Positions 1-9,800 are shown, numbered from the stretch's first letter. The stretch: 64,000 nucleotides of DNA from Patescibacteria group bacterium (GCA_041649155.1 JBAZNP010000001.1:238564-302563), one strand, 5' to 3'. Numbers and translations: made by a program. The notes: generated by a model not told the origin, from the letters alone.

Positions 1-456
1 ATTTGAACCAGGACGATTATCGCCCATTAAGAAATATTCATTGGAAGCAAGCTGCCATGATCCATTTGGATCAGTCTCAACGCCAAAAGAAATATAGTTC
101 TCAGAATAAATAACATCGTTTATATAGACCTTGCCGCTATCAATTGATACTTTGTCTCCCGGCAATCCAATCACGCGTTTAATATATTTTTTATTATCAG
201 GATCTCCGGGGTATTTAACCGCCACGACTTGACCTCTTTCCGGACTTGTCGAGCTAGTGTATCTCTTTAGCAAAACCAGTTCTTTGTCATGAATTGTGGG
301 CTCCATTGAAAGACCATCGACGATAAAGATTGTGAACCAAAATTTATGTATCAAAACCAATAGCACAGCAGCTAAAATTACCCATTTACACAGATCAAAT
401 AGAATTCCGCCACCATATAGAAAACGGTTAAAGAATTTATTTTTGGTTATCGACAT
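1..456 (-). CDS. lepB: Signal peptidase I (S26 family), 3' end cut by window edge
   Basis: Minus-strand translation from ATG at 456..454 reads MSITKNKFF...IVDGLSMEPTIHDKELVLL...VIGLPGDKV...LMGDNRPGSN. The SMEPT serine box and GDNR box are hallmarks of signal peptidase I. Absent from the ORF track because no stop codon lies inside the window. Confidence 0.8.
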   Translation of the reverse strand, partial: MSITKNKFFNRFLYGGGILFDLCKWVILAAVLLVLIHKFWFTIFIVDGLSMEPTIHDKELVLLKRYTSSTSPERGQVVAVKYPGDPDNKKYIKRVIGLPGDKVSIDSGKVYINDVIYSENYISFGVETDPNGSWQLASNEYFLMGDNRPGSN

Positions 457-514
457 CAAAACCTCTCTTATTAATTAATGACCCCACCTAACCTCCCCTT
501 CCTAAGGGGAGGGA

Positions 515-2005
515 CTATTCGAACCCTGGTTCTTTCAGAGCAGCCAGACTACGACCAACATATGACACTATCGGGAAGAGAGAAAGACAAAAATCTTCAA
601 TTCCTAAGCCAACTTTTTCAGTTAAAAACCAGTCAGGAACAACAAAATTGTGTTCCGAAAATCTTCTGGCCCAAGCCGCCTCACACTCCAAGACCAAGGC
701 ATAAGGAAGATATTTCTGAAAAATTTCCTGATTATTTTCTGAAAAAGGAATTTGTTCCGGATTAGATAAATATTTTTTAAATGCTAGCCAGTTGCTCAGA
801 ACTTCCTGACCAATAATGGTCCGGACCGGCATTCTGCTGGCAATAATTGAGATAATAAGAGCCGTCACCATCATTCCAACCCAGAAAAATACAACGTAAG
901 CAGGATCAGTAAACCAAAGCAGACTCGCAACAAAACCACCTAATGCAACAAAAAATGCAATTATGCCAATAAAACGATACTTGGCGTGAAGCGCTTGAGG
1001 ATTAACTTTAAAATAACCAAGACGAGTTGCTAAGGTATAAATTCCGGAAGATACAATCGAGATTTTTTTACTATAAAAATGATTATTTATCCTCTCCTCT
1101 ATATCAGAGCGATCAGAATATAGATTTTTTCGGAAAATCTTTGATAAAAGAACTTTTTCGAATCCTAAAAGTCTTTGATCAAATTTACTCTTACCAAATT
1201 CAAACCCTCTCTCCCGATCCACAATCACAATATCCCCTCTCATTGCCAGATCAATAAGAGTGGCGGCAATTTCTCTTGGCCCGACCTTCTGACCATAAAG
1301 AGCACCTACAATTGCAGGAGGAATAGCCATCGGAGGAGAAGAAATCTCCTGACTTGGCATATCTATTTTTTGCTGTTTTAGCTCGGACGACAACAAAGCT
1401 AGCATAATAATAAAAGTAAGAATGGGTAGCAGAACAGCAATCACAAACCAATAGCTCCCCTTGACCTGCTCAATTACCTTTAGAACCTTCCTCATCAAAG
1501 GAGGATCGACCGTGCCTTTGGGCATTTTTGCTACGACGGTTAATGTCGCCTGAGACGAAACATCTGTTGCAAGATAAGTGATTTTATTTGTACCGGAAAC
1601 TTTTGAACTGGTAGCTCCCACGCCGTGAATACCTAAAAACTCATGTTTTGTGTTTTCTGCCACACTTTTTGGCAGGGCCAGATTTACCGTTATTTTGTCA
1701 TAATATTGACCCGAACTATCCAAAATCGGCAAACGTAACTCATCAGAGTCGTTCAGCAAATCTATTCTTTGATCAATTTTCTCACTATCAACCGTAACGC
1801 TGCCATCATTTAATACAGATACATCAATTACACGATCACTAGAATTACTCACGATCTCTCCGGTATTCGTATCAGCTGAATAACGGTTATCCTGCACTAT
1901 CTTAATTCCAATAAATGCAAATATAAAAATAACAAGAAAGAACAGTGACTTTCTTTTATAGAAACTAATTATTCCTTTTTGGGGCTTTCCAAAATTCTTG
2001 ACCAA
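515..2005 (-). CDS. DUF2207-like predicted membrane protein
   Basis: 496 aa. N-terminal TM/signal, large extracytoplasmic region, then a cluster of C-terminal TM helices and a TLIDLAMRGDIVI-type motif, which matches DUF2207 architecture. Confidence 0.5.
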   Translation of the reverse strand: MVKNFGKPQKGIISFYKRKSLFFLVIFIFAFIGIKIVQDNRYSADTNTGEIVSNSSDRVIDVSVLNDGSVTVDSEKIDQRIDLLNDSDELRLPILDSSGQYYDKITVNLALPKSVAENTKHEFLGIHGVGATSSKVSGTNKITYLATDVSSQATLTVVAKMPKGTVDPPLMRKVLKVIEQVKGSYWFVIAVLLPILTFIIMLALLSSELKQQKIDMPSQEISSPPMAIPPAIVGALYGQKVGPREIAATLIDLAMRGDIVIVDRERGFEFGKSKFDQRLLGFEKVLLSKIFRKNLYSDRSDIEERINNHFYSKKISIVSSGIYTLATRLGYFKVNPQALHAKYRFIGIIAFFVALGGFVASLLWFTDPAYVVFFWVGMMVTALIISIIASRMPVRTIIGQEVLSNWLAFKKYLSNPEQIPFSENNQEIFQKYLPYALVLECEAAWARRFSEHNFVVPDWFLTEKVGLGIEDFCLSLFPIVSYVGRSLAALKEPGFE

Positions 2006-2104
2006 TTTCCCTCCGAGTTCAAGAGTGTCAATCGTACTTTCGTCTATTAAATTTTAACACTATTTACCGTTAACCGCAAAATAAATATTCGCTCACCGTC
2101 CCTT

Positions 2105-2207
2105 GTTGTCATCCCGAGCTTAGTCGAGGGATCTTTTAACGGAAGTTCAGATTAATTCTTAAGATTCCTCCGCCCCTGCGACAAAGCGCAGGGAGTCGGA
2201 ATGACAA
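2105..2207. repeat. Family A palindromic element, intergenic copy. Terminal inverted repeat (TIR) TTGTCATCCCGAG ... TCGGAATGACAA with internal hairpins
   Basis: The TIR matches copies at 7355..7436, 32466..32584 (reverse), 38390..38494 and 46450..46568. The internal stem CCCTGCG-acaaag-CGCAGGG here corresponds to CCTCAG-acaagg-CTGAGG in other copies, a compensatory change that keeps the hairpin. Confidence 0.85.
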
Positions 2208-2233
2208 TGGTGAATTAGTAAATACAGAGCTAT

Positions 2234-3202
2234 TCAAATATTGTCTTTGCAGATATTAACCGTCAGCAAAAGAAGTGCCAGACTAGGGCCAAGAAGGCCT
2301 GCTTTCATTTGCTTGTCTATATGAAACAAATTCAAATAGATTTTTTTAAACTTGGCTCTATCGTAATGGCGAAGCAATTCTCTACTTTTTGAAACAATAA
2401 AAGGATGTAATTTCGCTTCTTTGGCAATACTACCTGGAGTTAATCCTTTAGCATTTAATTCAAAAATAGAAAATAAATTCCTGAATTGGTAAACAATCAT
2501 TGAAAAAATGTAAAACTCGTCCTCTCCCGCATCAACCAGATTTTTAAGAGAAAGTAATGCTTTTTTTGAATTTTTCTGCGCAATAGCATCAATAAACTGA
2601 AATACATTGGAATTATTATTGGCTTTTACCAGTTCTTCAATATCCCCTGCTAAAATAACATTTCTATTCTGTGATTTAGCGAATAAGGCCAATTTTTTTA
2701 TTTCATTTTCCATTCGCCATAAATCAACGCCAACAAAAACCTGTAATTTAGTTTTCGCTTCACGATCAATCTCCATACCCGATTTTTTAGTTTCGTCCTG
2801 TATCCAATAACTTAATTTGTCGTTAGATAAAGCCGTTAACTTCTGAGAAAACTTTGGCTTGTTCAATGATTTAAACAAAGCTGTTCTCATATCAGGTAAT
2901 CCATATTCAACGAATAGAATAATTGATGTTTCCGGAATATTATTTAGACTATTCAATATTTTTTTTCTTAAAGAATCATCTTTTCCTAATAAAAGCAGGT
3001 TTTTGATAATTATTAATCTTTTTGTACCAAAAAATGGCAAAGAAGAAATGGCTTTGGAAAAATCGCCGTATGTTAAAATGCCACCCTCAAGACAGGTAAT
3101 ATTCAGGTCCCCAAATTGACTCTTTGAAAATTTTTCAGTCCACTCATTGACTTTTTTATTTATCAAAAATGTATTATCACCATAAAACATGTAAGGCATC
3201 AC
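2234..3202 (-). CDS. holA: DNA polymerase III delta subunit
   Basis: 322 aa. N-terminal clamp-loader delta-like region (FYGDNTFLINKKV...FGTKRLIIIKN) and the length are typical of HolA. Confidence 0.55.
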   Translation of the reverse strand: MMPYMFYGDNTFLINKKVNEWTEKFSKSQFGDLNITCLEGGILTYGDFSKAISSLPFFGTKRLIIIKNLLLLGKDDSLRKKILNSLNNIPETSIILFVEYGLPDMRTALFKSLNKPKFSQKLTALSNDKLSYWIQDETKKSGMEIDREAKTKLQVFVGVDLWRMENEIKKLALFAKSQNRNVILAGDIEELVKANNNSNVFQFIDAIAQKNSKKALLSLKNLVDAGEDEFYIFSMIVYQFRNLFSIFELNAKGLTPGSIAKEAKLHPFIVSKSRELLRHYDRAKFKKIYLNLFHIDKQMKAGLLGPSLALLLLTVNICKDNI

Positions 3203-3257
3203 AAAAATTCCTTTAATGAGATAAGGTAATAGTACTATAAAAATTGGATAGATAAAA

Positions 3258-4454
3258 CTATTGTCTTAAAGCATCAATTGGAGCCAGTCTTTGAGCTCTG
3301 GTAGTCGGATATATGCCGGCAAACACAGAGATTAACACTGCCACTAAAACCATTGCCATGGCAAAATTAATCGGTGTTACAAAAACATCAAGATGTTGTT
3401 CGCTAGAGCGAATAAACATGTTTAAGACATAATTAAAAATTGATCCGAAAGCAACAGCCAGCCCAACTCCCGCCAACCCGCCGATTAGACCGATTAAAGA
3501 TGACTCAAGCAGGAAAAGCATTCTAATGTTGTGATTTGACGCGCCAATTGCTTTCATTATCCCAATCTCATGAGTTCTTTCAAGCAACGATATAGTCATT
3601 GTATTAATGATCCCCAAGGAAGAGACCAACAACCCTATGCCGGCGATTAAACCTAATATGATCTGGACCAATAAAAAGATTTTGTCTATCTGATCAATCA
3701 AATCTTTGATTGTAGTAACTTGATAACCCATCCTTTTTATCTGAGCGCTAACCGTATCCACATCCTGTCTCGATTCAACTTTGACTTTTAAGGTCGAATA
3801 TTTATCAAATTTTGTTATGTTATAAATTTTATCAATCGGAACATAAACTAAATTTGTAGTTTCGCTAGCGTCAATTCCGACTATTTTCAAATTAATTTCC
3901 TTCGATTGAAAATCATATCCGGCACCGGAATCACTCAAAATTTTAATGGTGATTTCTTTGCCCAAAACACTGTCGTGATCACTATTAAAAGCAGAAGCCA
4001 AAGCAGATGATATCACCGCCTCATTTGATGACTTGTCTTTGATTAATACACCGTGATCTAATCCGGAAATTTCAAGATTAATATTTGAAACATCTATACC
4101 ATATACAATTGCTCCGGCACTAGTACCGGTACTAACTACATTTGCCGGAACATTTACGCTAGGTGTAACATCTTTCACGCTATCCATTTTTTTAATTTTA
4201 TTTACCAGTTCTGCATCCAGCTTTGGGCCTTCTTCCATGGTTGATGTTGCAGGAGTCTGGGAAATTGTTAATGTTGTTAGGGCACCCATTCCAGCAACCT
4301 GATCAGCTGTAATTTTTTGTAAACCAACACCTAAAGACACAAAAGCAACTATTGCCGAAATGCCGATAACGACTCCAAGTATTGTTAAAAATGACCGGAA
4401 TTTCGTTCTCCATAAATTCTGCAATGCAAGTTTTATAGAATCGTCAAGTCGCAT
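3258..4454 (-). CDS. ABC transporter permease, FtsX/MacB-like
   Basis: 398 aa. N-terminal TM, large periplasmic domain, and three C-terminal TM helices with a conserved FtsX-like region (LLERTHEIGIMKAIGASN). Its start overlaps the ATPase gene upstream. Confidence 0.75.
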   Translation of the reverse strand: MRLDDSIKLALQNLWRTKFRSFLTILGVVIGISAIVAFVSLGVGLQKITADQVAGMGALTTLTISQTPATSTMEEGPKLDAELVNKIKKMDSVKDVTPSVNVPANVVSTGTSAGAIVYGIDVSNINLEISGLDHGVLIKDKSSNEAVISSALASAFNSDHDSVLGKEITIKILSDSGAGYDFQSKEINLKIVGIDASETTNLVYVPIDKIYNITKFDKYSTLKVKVESRQDVDTVSAQIKRMGYQVTTIKDLIDQIDKIFLLVQIILGLIAGIGLLVSSLGIINTMTISLLERTHEIGIMKAIGASNHNIRMLFLLESSLIGLIGGLAGVGLAVAFGSIFNYVLNMFIRSSEQHLDVFVTPINFAMAMVLVAVLISVFAGIYPTTRAQRLAPIDALRQ

Positions 4455-5157
4455 TTTTTAAACTCCTTTGCACGCTCACTTCTCCCTTTTGAATATAGAT
4501 AATCTTGTCGGCAAATTTTGTATAATTTGGATTATGTGTCGATAAAATAATGGTCGTGCTTCTCTCCTTATAAAGAGAGTAAATCGTTTCCATTATTTCT
4601 GTCGCATTGGCGATGTCCAATCCTCCAGTAAGTTCATCGGCGATTAAAATCTTCGGATTATTCGCCAGTGCTCTTGCAATTGCGACTCTTTGTTGCTCTC
4701 CACCAGAAAGCAAATTTGAATTATGATAAAGACGTTCTTTTAAACCGACGCTTCGAAGCAAAGAAAGAGCTCTGGCTTTTCTCTCCTTTTTGCCAACCCC
4801 CTTAAAAACCATGGGCAAAACAACATTATCCGCTGCTGACATGTAAGGCATAAGATTATATGATTGAAAGACTATGCCGATATTGTCACCTCTCCATCTG
4901 GATAATTTACTTAATGACAATTTTGCAATGTCATCGCCATCAACTAAAATTTGTCCCTCGGTTGGTTTATCAAGCGCGGCCAGCATGTTTAATAGTGTGG
5001 TTTTGCCGGCTCCGGACGCTCCCAAAACCACAACAAAATCACCTTTATTTATACTTAAATTGGCTTTATTAATTACACAAAAGTCTTTTTTTCCGACTCT
5101 AAAAGTCTTGGTTACATCAATTAATTGAATGAAAGAGTCCATATGATTAAAAATCAC
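4444..5157 (-). CDS. ABC transporter ATP-binding protein (MacB/LolD-like)
   Basis: Walker A GASGAGKTTLLN, ABC signature LSGGEQQRVAIARAL, Walker B ILIADELTGGLD. Confidence 0.85.
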   Translation of the reverse strand: MIFNHMDSFIQLIDVTKTFRVGKKDFCVINKANLSINKGDFVVVLGASGAGKTTLLNMLAALDKPTEGQILVDGDDIAKLSLSKLSRWRGDNIGIVFQSYNLMPYMSAADNVVLPMVFKGVGKKERKARALSLLRSVGLKERLYHNSNLLSGGEQQRVAIARALANNPKILIADELTGGLDIANATEIMETIYSLYKERSTTIILSTHNPNYTKFADKIIYIQKGEVSVQRSLKNAT

Positions 5158-5416
5158 CTATCTTTTTATTTTCGTCATCGTCACAGTTATTTTTTGATTT
5201 AAGAATTACCCCGTTCAAAAAGAAAAATATCGCTGGAAACAACATCACAATCAAGATAATAAGAAGTGCATAAATTTTATTTTCCCAATCAGCGTCAACC
5301 TTGAAAAAGGAAAATATTAAAACTGCAACAAAAATAACCAGGCATATTGCTGATAAAAACCAATTTATCCACGCAAATACATTTATCAATTTTTTTACAG
5401 ATCTAATCTCCCTCAA
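5147..5416 (-). CDS. Small hypothetical membrane protein
   Basis: 89 aa with two predicted TM helices. Overlaps the ABC ATPase start codon. Confidence 0.35.
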   Translation of the reverse strand: MREIRSVKKLINVFAWINWFLSAICLVIFVAVLIFSFFKVDADWENKIYALLIILIVMLFPAIFFFLNGVILKSKNNCDDDENKKIGDF

Positions 5417-5437
5417 ATCCCCTCCTTGAAAAAACCT

Positions 5438-5614
5438 TTATTCTTTTTTGCTCTTTTTTCCCTTAGAACCAAGTAAAGGCTTTGTGATTACAGAGACGCC
5501 AAACAGTATTATAATCAGAGGCCAGATAACATCCCAAATATCTCCGGTAACAATACCCAAGTTCTCTAAGAGAAAAACAATCCCGATAATAATTAACAAA
5601 AGACCAAAAAACAT
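5438..5614 (-). CDS. Small membrane protein (58 aa), not in ORF track
   Basis: Minus-strand ATG at 5614 is preceded by a strong SD sequence (AGGAGG). Translation MFFGLLLIIIGIVFLLENLGIVTGDIWDVIWPLIIILFGVSVITKPLLGSKGKKSKKE gives two TM helices and a basic tail. Confidence 0.45.
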   Translation of the reverse strand: MFFGLLLIIIGIVFLLENLGIVTGDIWDVIWPLIIILFGVSVITKPLLGSKGKKSKKE

Positions 5615-5665
5615 TTTCCTCCTTATATGTCTAAATTATACCACAGTATTAAATTGTGACAAACT

Positions 5666-6943
5666 TTAAATCTTTAGAACTTTCATCTCCCCCCAGTTAT
5701 TCCCGACTTTAACCTCGGCAACAATCGGAACGCAAAGCTTAATCACTTGTTCCATTGTCTCTTTGACAATTTTTGCAACCTCCGAAACAGCAGAATCCAC
5801 AACTTCGATTATAAGTTCATCATGAATGGTTAAGAGCATTTGAGCTTTAAATTTATTTTTATTTAAATCGTCCAGCTTTTTTTCGAGATCAATCATAGCT
5901 AATTTCAAAATTTCGGCCGCCGACCCTTGCACTGGAGTATTTATCGCCATTCTTTCTTCCGCATTGGCAATATTGCGATAATGAGAATCAATATTCGGCA
6001 GCATTCTTTTGAAACCAAATATTGTTTCGACGTACCCTTCATCATGCGCTTTTCCGATCATCCGATTGCAGTAATCCTTAATTCCAGAATGAGCTGTGAA
6101 ATATCGACTTATGAAGTCCGCCGCTTTTTCTTGTTCTATACTTAAAGACTGCGACAAACCATAAGGGCTCATGCCATACAAAACTCCAAAATTAACGGTC
6201 TTAGCCACCCGTCTCTGGTCACTGGTTACCTTATTTGTTTTTGTATCAAATATTTCAGCAGCAGTTTTTGCATGAATGTCCTGATGTTGAATAAAAGCTT
6301 CTTTCATTACCTTGTCATTGGCCAGACAGGCCACAACTCTTAGTTCGATTTGAGAATAATCGGCAGAAATTAACTTCATTCCTTTTGAAGCGACAAAAGC
6401 TTTTCTAATTTTCTGACCCAGCTCTCCTTTTATGGGAATGTTTTGTAAGTTTGGTTCATTTGAAGTTAATCTGCCGGTAGTTGTATCCTGCCCATAAGAG
6501 GTATGAAGCCTGGATTTTTCATCAACCAACAAGGGCAGTGGTTTCAAATATGTTGATAGCAATTTTGAAAGTTCTCTGTACTCCAAAATTGGCTTGATGA
6601 TCTTATGTTTTCCTTCGAGTTTTTTAAGTTCATTGGCGGCCGTAGAATAACCGTTTTTAGTCTTTTTAATTTCACCATTTAACAGTTTAAACTTTTTATA
6701 AAGAATTTCTGCCATCTGCATCGGGGAATTGATGTTAAATTCTTCACCGGCCAGCTTCCAGATCTGTTTCTCAATTTTCCTTAATTTTCCTTCAGTATCT
6801 TTAGCTAGTGAATTTAATGATTTCACATCAATCTCAACACCGATTTTTTCCATCCGACGCAAAACCGGACCAATCTGTTCATTAATTTCCTTTGATGTTA
6901 TTTTTGGCAATTCAATGCCTTGTTCTTTTAAATGGGACCACAT
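5666..6943 (-). CDS. polA: DNA polymerase I, polymerase (palm/fingers/thumb) domain as a stand-alone gene
   Basis: 425 aa. Aligns with the Pol I C-terminal domain: NLQNIPIK, SADYSQIELRVVA, QRRVAKTVNFGVLYGMS, TIHDELIIEV. It begins exactly at the start of the polymerase domain; no 3'-5' exonuclease domain is present. Confidence 0.85.
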   Translation of the reverse strand: MWSHLKEQGIELPKITSKEINEQIGPVLRRMEKIGVEIDVKSLNSLAKDTEGKLRKIEKQIWKLAGEEFNINSPMQMAEILYKKFKLLNGEIKKTKNGYSTAANELKKLEGKHKIIKPILEYRELSKLLSTYLKPLPLLVDEKSRLHTSYGQDTTTGRLTSNEPNLQNIPIKGELGQKIRKAFVASKGMKLISADYSQIELRVVACLANDKVMKEAFIQHQDIHAKTAAEIFDTKTNKVTSDQRRVAKTVNFGVLYGMSPYGLSQSLSIEQEKAADFISRYFTAHSGIKDYCNRMIGKAHDEGYVETIFGFKRMLPNIDSHYRNIANAEERMAINTPVQGSAAEILKLAMIDLEKKLDDLNKNKFKAQMLLTIHDELIIEVVDSAVSEVAKIVKETMEQVIKLCVPIVAEVKVGNNWGEMKVLKI

Positions 6944-6955
6944 AGTAAGTTTGAA

Positions 6956-7032
6956 TTAAGAATTTTGAATTATGAATTATGAAATAGCAGCTCTACCTAT
7001 TAGCCATGATTCTTGATTCTAGATTCATGATT
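6956..7032. repeat. Family C palindromic element (GAATCATGAAT...AGAATCAAGAATCATGG core)
   Basis: The reverse complement closely matches 33466..33556 (agaatcatgaatNtagaatcaagaatcatgg). Both have flanking inverted arms (gaatcatgaat / attcataattc). Confidence 0.75.
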
Positions 7033-8130
7033 CTATAAAAGCTTCAGCTGTTCGTCTTTCTGCTTCTGCTCGGATGCTTCCTTAGTTTTTGGCGGCTCGG
7101 ATTTTTCAATTCCAAATCTTTTCAAAAGCGAATGAAACCCAAGTTCTAAAAATAACTCTTTCACTTTCTCTTTATCGTATTCTCCCCATTTGGCGTCATT
7201 GAGATCGAAATCAATCGGAACTTCCTTGTAAATTGTAGCCAGACTTTGCGACAAAAATGCCTGTTCCTTATATTGTATCAAAAGCTGCAAGATACGTGGT
7301 TTTATGTTTAATTTTTTGGCAGCCTCAACCAATTTATCATTTTCCATTTCACTGTTGTCATCCCGAGCGTAGTCGAGGGATCTTTTATTGGAAGATTTCT
7401 CCGCCCTCAGACAAGGCTGAGGAGTCGAAATGACAATATTTTTTTCAATTTTTTCATACAAATTTTTAAGCGTGTCAAATTGCTGGAGCAATTTAGTGGC
7501 AGTAACATTTCCGATATTCGGCACCCCTGGAATGTTGTCTGATGGATCACCAGCCAGTGCTTTTAGGTCAATAAAATCTTCCGGATCAAGACCATATTCA
7601 TCTTTAATAACTTTTCGATCTACCACCGCCATTTGAGACAGTCCTTTTCGAAGACTGTAAACAAAAATATTGCCATCTATCAACTGATAAATATCTTTAT
7701 CACCCGAAACAATATAAACTTCCAAGCCTTCATTCGGAATATGCTGGCATTTTGAATTATGTTCATGGCAGTTTTTAACTATTGTGCCAATACAATCATC
7801 AGCCTCATAACCTTCTTTTTCGTATATTGGAATTTCAAAAGCAGATAGCAATTCCTTTACCCTTGGCATTTGGTCATATAATTCCTGATCGGCTTTTACT
7901 CTTGTTGCCTTATAAGCCGCATATTGCTCGGTCCGAAAAGTTGCTTTTGAGACGTCAAAAGAAGCTGCTACATAATCCGGATGCAGGTCTTCCAGCGTTT
8001 TAATTAAAGTGGTTGTAAAGCCATATACAGCATTGGTCTGCTCACCCTTTCGGGTGGACATGCTTTTGGGTAACGCATGATAGGCACGATGTATCACCGC
8101 GTTAGAATCAATTAAGACAAGCTTTTTCAT
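7033..8130 (-). CDS. polA: DNA polymerase I 5'-3' exonuclease (FEN-like) domain as a stand-alone gene
   Basis: 365 aa. Starts MKKLVLIDSNAVIHRAYHAL...YGFT; acidic metal-binding clusters and helix-hairpin-helix GDPSDNIPGVPNIG match the 5' nuclease domain. Lys/Glu-rich C-terminal tail. Confidence 0.85.
   Translation of the reverse strand: MKKLVLIDSNAVIHRAYHALPKSMSTRKGEQTNAVYGFTTTLIKTLEDLHPDYVAASFDVSKATFRTEQYAAYKATRVKADQELYDQMPRVKELLSAFEIPIYEKEGYEADDCIGTIVKNCHEHNSKCQHIPNEGLEVYIVSGDKDIYQLIDGNIFVYSLRKGLSQMAVVDRKVIKDEYGLDPEDFIDLKALAGDPSDNIPGVPNIGNVTATKLLQQFDTLKNLYEKIEKNIVISTPQPCLRAEKSSNKRSLDYARDDNSEMENDKLVEAAKKLNIKPRILQLLIQYKEQAFLSQSLATIYKEVPIDFDLNDAKWGEYDKEKVKELFLELGFHSLLKRFGIEKSEPPKTKEASEQKQKDEQLKLL
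7355..7436. repeat. Family A palindromic element copy inside the polA 5'-nuclease CDS, reading frame kept
   Basis: Same TTGTCATCCCGAGC ... TCGAAATGACAA termini as 2105..2207. Translated on the minus strand it contributes about 27-30 extra residues (NIVISTPQPCLRAEKSSNKRSLDYARDDNS) between conserved 5'-nuclease blocks. Confidence 0.8.
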
Positions 8131-8195
8131 AGCTAAATCTTATCGCAAATACTGCTCGAATGAAAGAGATAATTTACTTACAACTGATTTACTGA

Positions 8196-8891
8196 CTACT
8201 TACCACTCTTTCTAAATGCTTTTATGACTTGCAAAATTATCCAACAAAAAGCAAAGGTGACCACGAGCCAACGGGCTTTGATAATGCCTTCGATAATTCC
8301 CGAACCAAAAAAGCAAAATGCTCCCCAGAATGTGCACCATGCCAGTATGGCAAATATGGAAGTTATCAAAAATTTTCTAAATGGCATTTTCAAAATGCCG
8401 TAGGCCGTAGAAGTAAAAGCTCCAATATTTGGATGAAAGTATGAAAGCCAGATCCATCTGTCACCATGTTTTTCTATTTTTGCTTTACTATTGTCCAAAG
8501 CGTCGCCAAGGCCGAATTTAACAAATATTTTAAACCAGCCATGCTTGCCAATGAAATAATTTATTATAAATCCAATCAGCATTGCGGCACCGGTTACCAA
8601 AACGACTGAGAAAATGTTGAGAGTTCCCTGTCTGCTAAAAGCTGCAGCTAATAAAACAATCGATGAACCAGGGAAATATAGGCAAATAACCGGAATGGAT
8701 TCAATAAGGGTTGAGAAAAAGAGAACTGGATAGCCATATTTCTCAAAATATACTTTCATCACACCAATCAATTCTTCATTAGAAGGAATATGAAATATTT
8801 TGAAAACTGCAATGAAAGAGATCAAAAGGACCAACAAGAGAAGAGGAAAGGCCAGTTTTTTGCGAGTTTTTTTATCCAGAGCCATAATCAT
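8196..8891 (-). CDS. DedA/VTT-family membrane protein
   Basis: Multi-TM protein with the DedA-type region (LESIPVICLYFPGSSIVLLAAAF...GAFTSTAYGILKMP). The likely start is an internal ATG at 8891 (MIMALDKK) preceded by GAGGA; the first 42 codons of the longer track ORF are probably not translated. Confidence 0.65.
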   Translation of the reverse strand: MIMALDKKTRKKLAFPLLLLVLLISFIAVFKIFHIPSNEELIGVMKVYFEKYGYPVLFFSTLIESIPVICLYFPGSSIVLLAAAFSRQGTLNIFSVVLVTGAAMLIGFIINYFIGKHGWFKIFVKFGLGDALDNSKAKIEKHGDRWIWLSYFHPNIGAFTSTAYGILKMPFRKFLITSIFAILAWCTFWGAFCFFGSGIIEGIIKARWLVVTFAFCWIILQVIKAFRKSGK

Positions 8892-8973
8892 TCCTCTGTA
8901 ATTTTTAAAAAAAAAGATCTGGGCGCACATGAAAGTGCTGTACGCCCAGAAAAGTCGCCACCCCGATGAAACG

Positions 8974-9222
8974 TTACGCCGCTGCCAAAGACGGTTCTGA
9001 GTTAAGATAATTGGCAATTAATTGCTCAATTCCTAGAAAAGTAGGATTGTTCCATAGATCGTCTGGAACAGAGCACCTAATCCACTCTTTATTTTCATCT
9101 CTACCGGCGATGATCTTGCCGCGTTCCTCGGTTTCAATAGGCATCAAGTTCTCACAGTCAAGTTGATCGCCAACTTGTCGGACAATGTCTCTCAGCATAT
9201 CTAAATTAACCATTTTCCCCAC
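8974..9222 (-). CDS. Hypothetical small protein
   Basis: 82 aa, no recognisable motif. Local GC is somewhat above the neighbours. Confidence 0.3.
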   Translation of the reverse strand: MGKMVNLDMLRDIVRQVGDQLDCENLMPIETEERGKIIAGRDENKEWIRCSVPDDLWNNPTFLGIEQLIANYLNSEPSLAAA

Positions 9223-9288
9223 CTAGTACAGAAATTAGTTCTAATTTATTTATAACATAGTATTTCAAATATCAACAAATATTATTTA

Positions 9289-9318
9289 GGAGTCTTCGGT
9301 CTAAACCGAAGACTCCTT
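9289..9318 (-). terminator. Stem-loop terminator overlapping the stop of the 9301..9621 gene
   Basis: Perfect hairpin GGAGTCTTCGG-tctaaa-CCGAAGACTCC with T-rich flanks on both strands. Confidence 0.5.
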
Positions 9319-9621
9319 TGTTTCCCCCTCAGATGATCGCTGCGCATCATACATTTTTCTCAATATACCCTGTTCAATGCTCTCTCTAAGAGACACGCTC
9401 GACTTAATCATCTCGTGCACCTTTTCAAGAATTAGCATGAAACCACAAAAAACCATAACAAGTAATACGAGAAAAAATAATGTATTGGCACTACTCCCTG
9501 CCAAAATCGATAAAGAGATAGCAGTAATGATTGTTTTGCCTATATCTAATAGGAAAAATAATGCCACTGCTATGGGAAGTACCGTAGTTATTACAGATAT
9601 CATTATCAGCCCCCTTAACAC
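9301..9621 (-). CDS. Hypothetical small membrane protein
   Basis: 106 aa, three predicted TM helices, charged C-terminus. Confidence 0.35.
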   Translation of the reverse strand: MLRGLIMISVITTVLPIAVALFFLLDIGKTIITAISLSILAGSSANTLFFLVLLVMVFCGFMLILEKVHEMIKSSVSLRESIEQGILRKMYDAQRSSEGETKESSV

Positions 9622-9800
9622 ATTTGATACTAGTGTATCTGTATCATAATTTAATATAAAAAAACAAGCTAAATCGTTTGACTTATTTTCTTTGACTGCT
9701 ATATTTTAAAGCACTATCAAAAAAAAGGCGGCCAGATGATTACAAAACTCTCTAAAAAAGACTTTTCAACTTTACCCGAACTAAAATAGCTATTCTCATA

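Noticed and set aside
296-478. Plus-strand 60-aa ORF at the start of the window
   Set aside because: It lies entirely antisense to the well-supported lepB coding region and has no SD sequence or recognisable motif.
476-540. tRNA-like TTCGAACC motif near 515
   Set aside because: No acceptor, D or anticodon arm can be folded around it, and the loop would be too long for a T-loop. No convincing tRNA was found anywhere in the window.
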